Notes under the pieces: generated by a model
Told to the model about the DNA's origin: nothing
What the model saw: the letters and a program-made list of their open reading frames with translations, nothing else
Databases searched by the model: none
NCBI GenBank assembly: GCA_013239625.1
Contig: MU054001.1
Span: 5,195,078-5,259,077, forward strand
Direction: 5' to 3'
From: Lama guanicoe
Lineage: Eukaryota
Length of the DNA stretch: 64,000 nt
Program-made: the position numbers and the translations under genes
Shown: one piece after another, positions 60,557-64,000 of the stretch
How positions within the stretch are numbered: position 1 is the stretch's first letter
Layout: the number at the start of each line of letters is the position of its first letter

Positions 60557-61610
60557 TTTTAGAGTAAAGATAGACATGGACTCAATAGAAACAAGAAAAC
60601 TTTGGATACCAGCCAGTACTAAAAAGATAATTACTTTTTATTCTCTGAGGCAATCATGAGGGGGAGGGTTCTGATTTAGTTAAGGTGGAAGTTTCTTTTG
60701 AAGAAGCGAAATTTGGGCTGAAATCAGAATAATCAGATAAACCCAAAGATTCCAAATTCTGGATAGAAGGAGGATCCACTCAAAGGCAGGCTCAAAGCCT
60801 GGACATGTAAGAAGCAGAAGGAAGCCAGTGTGTGGCTGGAGTTAAAGGATTCGTAAGGGAATTGGCTGGAAAGAGAAGAAAGATCCAGAAAAATAGTGAA
60901 AGCTTGAGCTTATAGGGAGACTACCTGTGATTAATTCAATATCTGTGGAAATGGCCTTGGTCTGATTGAAGAAAAATATTTGAAAAGGGATTCACTATGT
61001 AAATAGCTTTTGTGATTTCTTTGTGTAGACAGAGACAAGTGGAGGGGATGTATTGACGCATGCTCAAATGCTCAGTGTTGGCCATTATTACCTCCAACTC
61101 AAATGAATCTCTTTCTCCCGCAAAGGATGGGACCAGGCTGAGTTCTACAGGACCTCCAGGCATGGACCGTGTGTGACTTCTTGTATGTCTATTAATGAGT
61201 TGTTCCCAGTCATCACTGTAGCCAGAGCCCCCATGTATCTGGGTTTGCTAACGCCTGCCTTGGCTCTCAAGTAGTGTCACCAAAATAGGGTGAGGAGAGA
61301 GATTTGGGCAAAACGTCAACTTCTGAGGCTGTGTTCTGGCATTTGATGCTCTTACTGATGGCATGGGTCCCGGCCCCCTTCCCTGTCAGTCCCTCTTGCT
61401 GACCTAGATGCTTCAGTGAGAAAGAGAATTAAATGCTTTAGAAAGCATTTATAATTTTTAAAAAATCTGTTGAAAAGGCTTTTCTACACATCCCTGGGCT
61501 GAAGAATAAGATAGAGGGGATACTTGCAGGCTTGGGCAGTTGTACCAGCTGAACCTCTAGATTCTGAGAGTTGAGAAATCTGGAATCCCATCCCACCTCA
61601 CATTTGTTCT

Positions 61611-61648
61611 CGCACGTGCACGCGCGTGCACACACACACACACACACC
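61611..61648. repeat. Alternating purine-pyrimidine tract ending in (CA)n
   Basis: CGCACGTGCACGCGCGTGCACACACACACACACACAC. Confidence 0.9.
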
Positions 61649-62269
61649 TCCCATAATTCCAAACTAAGTGGTTTGCACAGCCATACCCAGTTTAACTTGG
61701 GCTGCATCAATTAAATAAGTACTTGGGGTTTTTTTTGCCATTCTGCAGCTGTTGCTGTCTGCCTAATTTCAATCAATTAACTTTTACTTAAAAACATTAA
61801 GCTTCTTAATGCTGCAGCATTGGGCCAATTGTATGGTAAATTGTGAGTGTGAAGGAGACAAATCACTCATGTTTGCATTCCTGAGGAACAAAGCCACCGT
61901 CAGAGCCATGTATTCCTAGGAATCTCAGGCGTTGAACCCAGTGAGGTGGCTGCAGGGCCTGGATCGGGGCTGGGGCCTAGGGCTGGGCATCCCAGTGATC
62001 CCCTAGCCATGTGGTACCCAACATGGGAGCCAGGGCAGGAGCTTGAAGTGAATCGCAGTGGGCACCTCACTGGAGGGGGCAGCAAGGTTGATTTCCAGAC
62101 TAAGCACCGGAGAGACAAGGGAAACAGAGGAGCTTGAGCAGAAGGTAAGGGAGAGGGGTAAGGCCTGTGGGGATGGCAGAGGGAAGGGGCGTTAAAAGGT
62201 TCAGGGGAAGAGTGGGGAGGCCCTTCCCAGCCCAAGGCCCCTCAGCCCACCTCTGGTCCCCACATCTCC

Positions 62270-62735
62270 AGCCCACAGCCTCCAGTCGGTCTGCAGACAT
62301 GGCCTGACCCTAAAGCTGGGGAGGCACAGGGTTTCCAGCTTCACTCTAAACACCTCACACAGTCTGCGAGGCCCATGGAGTCCAGCCCTGCCCACCTCCC
62401 AGCCTCTTCTCCTACGGCTCAAGCCCTCGCTGCCTCTGCTCTGGCCACACTGAACTTGGAGATACTCTGCAAACACTCCCAGCCAACCTCACCTCAAGGT
62501 AGAGCCTTCACAGCTGTGTTCCCCAGCCTGCAGGGCTCTCCTTCCAATGACTGACTTCCCTCCCCATCCCGTCCTTGCTCAGCCTTCCTGCAACTCTGGG
62601 TCTAGCACTGTCTTCTCACGTCTTTATCTGCAACCCAAATGTCACTTCTCACTCAACGATTCATCAATATTCCCAGCAGGTGAGACAGTGCCCAGCACAC
62701 AGTAGGTGCTCAATAAACATTTGTCGTCTGAATAG
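62270..62735 (+). mobile_element. L2 relic
   Basis: ACAGTGCCCAGCACACAGTAGGTGCTCAATAAACATTTGT terminus; degenerate body upstream. Confidence 0.65.
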
Positions 62736-63394
62736 ATGGAACTCCCTGGACTGGTGCCTGCACTTTTGTTGTAACCACCCTCCTGCTTCCTTGTCTTGTC
62801 TCCAAGGACTTCGCCCCGTGTCTCTGCACTCTAAAGAGGCCGCCTTGCATGCGTTCCACGGACGCAACACAAGGCCTCTGCTGAGCCTGCGCTGCTGCCA
62901 TCCTGCCCCTGCCCTGCATGAAACACACCCAACGCAACACCCTCCCCCCATGCTTGAGCTTCTTCTCCTCCTGGAAGCCTTCCCTGACCACACCAACCTC
63001 TAGGAGTCATTTCTTCCTCTGAGTTCCAGCACCATGGAATCTCCATCCTATTGGATTACCCAGGAACCTTCCAACAGTCCAGATCCCAGCACCCTCTCCC
63101 AGACTTGGATTCAGGATGCCAGGATGGGTCTGGGACAGTTTTTAAGCTCTCCTGGTGGTTCTGTCAGTCAGGTCTGGAACTCTGGTCTGATGGTTCTGCT
63201 TTGTTTGCAGCTCATTTGGACTCTCCCAGTGAGACAATAATCCATTGGCAATGCTATTCACCCCTTCCCCAGTATTCCTCACATTCAAACAAACAGAACA
63301 TGCTCCATTGGTGCCACTTAAGAAAGCACAGGTCACAGAGAGCCAGCAGGAGCCTCCCAAGCGTCGAGCAGGGTGCTGGGCACAGCACTGTCAG

Positions 63395-63640
63395 GAGAGG
63401 AAACTGGTATTTGGAGTCAAGTAGACGTGGGATTGAGCCCTAGCCTTCACATCTATCCCCAAGGTAACTTCAGGCAACCAGCTTCACTCCTGAGCTCCAT
63501 GTCCTTCATTGGAGACTGAGGATGAGTGTAACATCGACCTCTTGGGCTTTCAGTGAGGACTTTGCACCATCTTTCAAGGACAGAGCTTGGCACAGAGCTT
63601 GGCACAGTGCCCGGCACGCAGTAAGTGCTCAGTGAATAGT
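63395..63640 (+). mobile_element. MIR
   Basis: TTGGAGTCAAGTAGACGTGGG...GGCACAGTGCCCGGCACGCAGTAAGTGCTCAGTGAAT. Confidence 0.75.
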
Positions 63641-63849
63641 GGCTACTCTTTCTTTTGTTACTAAAGCAAGGTTTCCAAAGAGGTAGAGGGCTCTGCTCCC
63701 CTCTGTGCATGGCCTAGCTGACTCAACAGCATCGTAGGAGCAGGGCTGTCATTGCCCAGCTACTCCACCACCCCACGCCCACCCCTCCAATCCTAACTCA
63801 GGTTGGGGGTCTGCTCAGACAGCTGCATCCCGTCCCAGGGCTCCACTCC

Positions 63850-64000
63850 CACCCCACCTGCCAATCATGCCACATGCCCGCCTCCCCCCACCCCCAACCC
63901 CAAGAAGCCTGGCGGTGCGGCAGCCTCGTGGCACACGCAGGGCTCACACATGCTCGCCCGGCCGCCCGGCATGTGGGCCCGTGTGCTGCTGTGGCGTGGT
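63850..64000. promoter_or_regulatory. Possible edge of a CpG island or promoter
   Basis: 10 CpGs in 63901-64000, CCAAT at 63861, GC box CCCGCC at 63877, C-rich tracts. Confidence 0.3.

Noticed and set aside
63024..63045. REST/NRSE-like site TCCAGCACCATGGAATC
   Set aside because: The right half-site departs from GGACAG at key positions.
63863..63978. Cluster of CATG cores as p53 response elements
   Set aside because: Half-sites have multiple mismatches to RRRCWWGYYY and are not properly paired.

Overview
Mammalian non-coding DNA, most likely a camelid (alpaca, camel or llama). The inference rests on two tRNA-Ala-derived Vic-1-type SINEs, young cetartiodactyl-type L1 3' ends, and no Alu, B1/B2, BovB or Bov-tA that I could recognise. 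I find no supportable host protein-coding exon: every recognisable ORF in the track is LINE-1 ORF1/ORF2 debris. The window is a mosaic of young and old L1s (many with readable target-site duplications, TSDs), MIR and L2 relics, MaLR/ERVL/ERV1 solo LTRs and hAT-type MITEs. These are interspersed with repeat-free blocks rich in homeodomain-type motifs that look like conserved enhancers of a gene desert or large intron, and a CpG-rich edge begins in the last ~150 bp. The most notable observations are atypical retrotransposition products. (1) A 2.9-kb TSD-flanked L1 keeps its 5'UTR, ORF1 and 3' end but lacks nearly all of ORF2 (HAL1-like, with a junction compatible with splicing). (2) A 76-bp orphan L1 5' end with its YY1 motif sits between 22-bp direct repeats. 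(3) A composite L1/3'-transduction block lies between ~45-bp direct repeats and contains a twin-primed inverted L1. (4) An internally primed, 3'-truncated L1 carries a perfect 19-bp TSD. Repeat family names are from recalled consensus motifs, not from a database search, and boundaries of old repeats are approximate.
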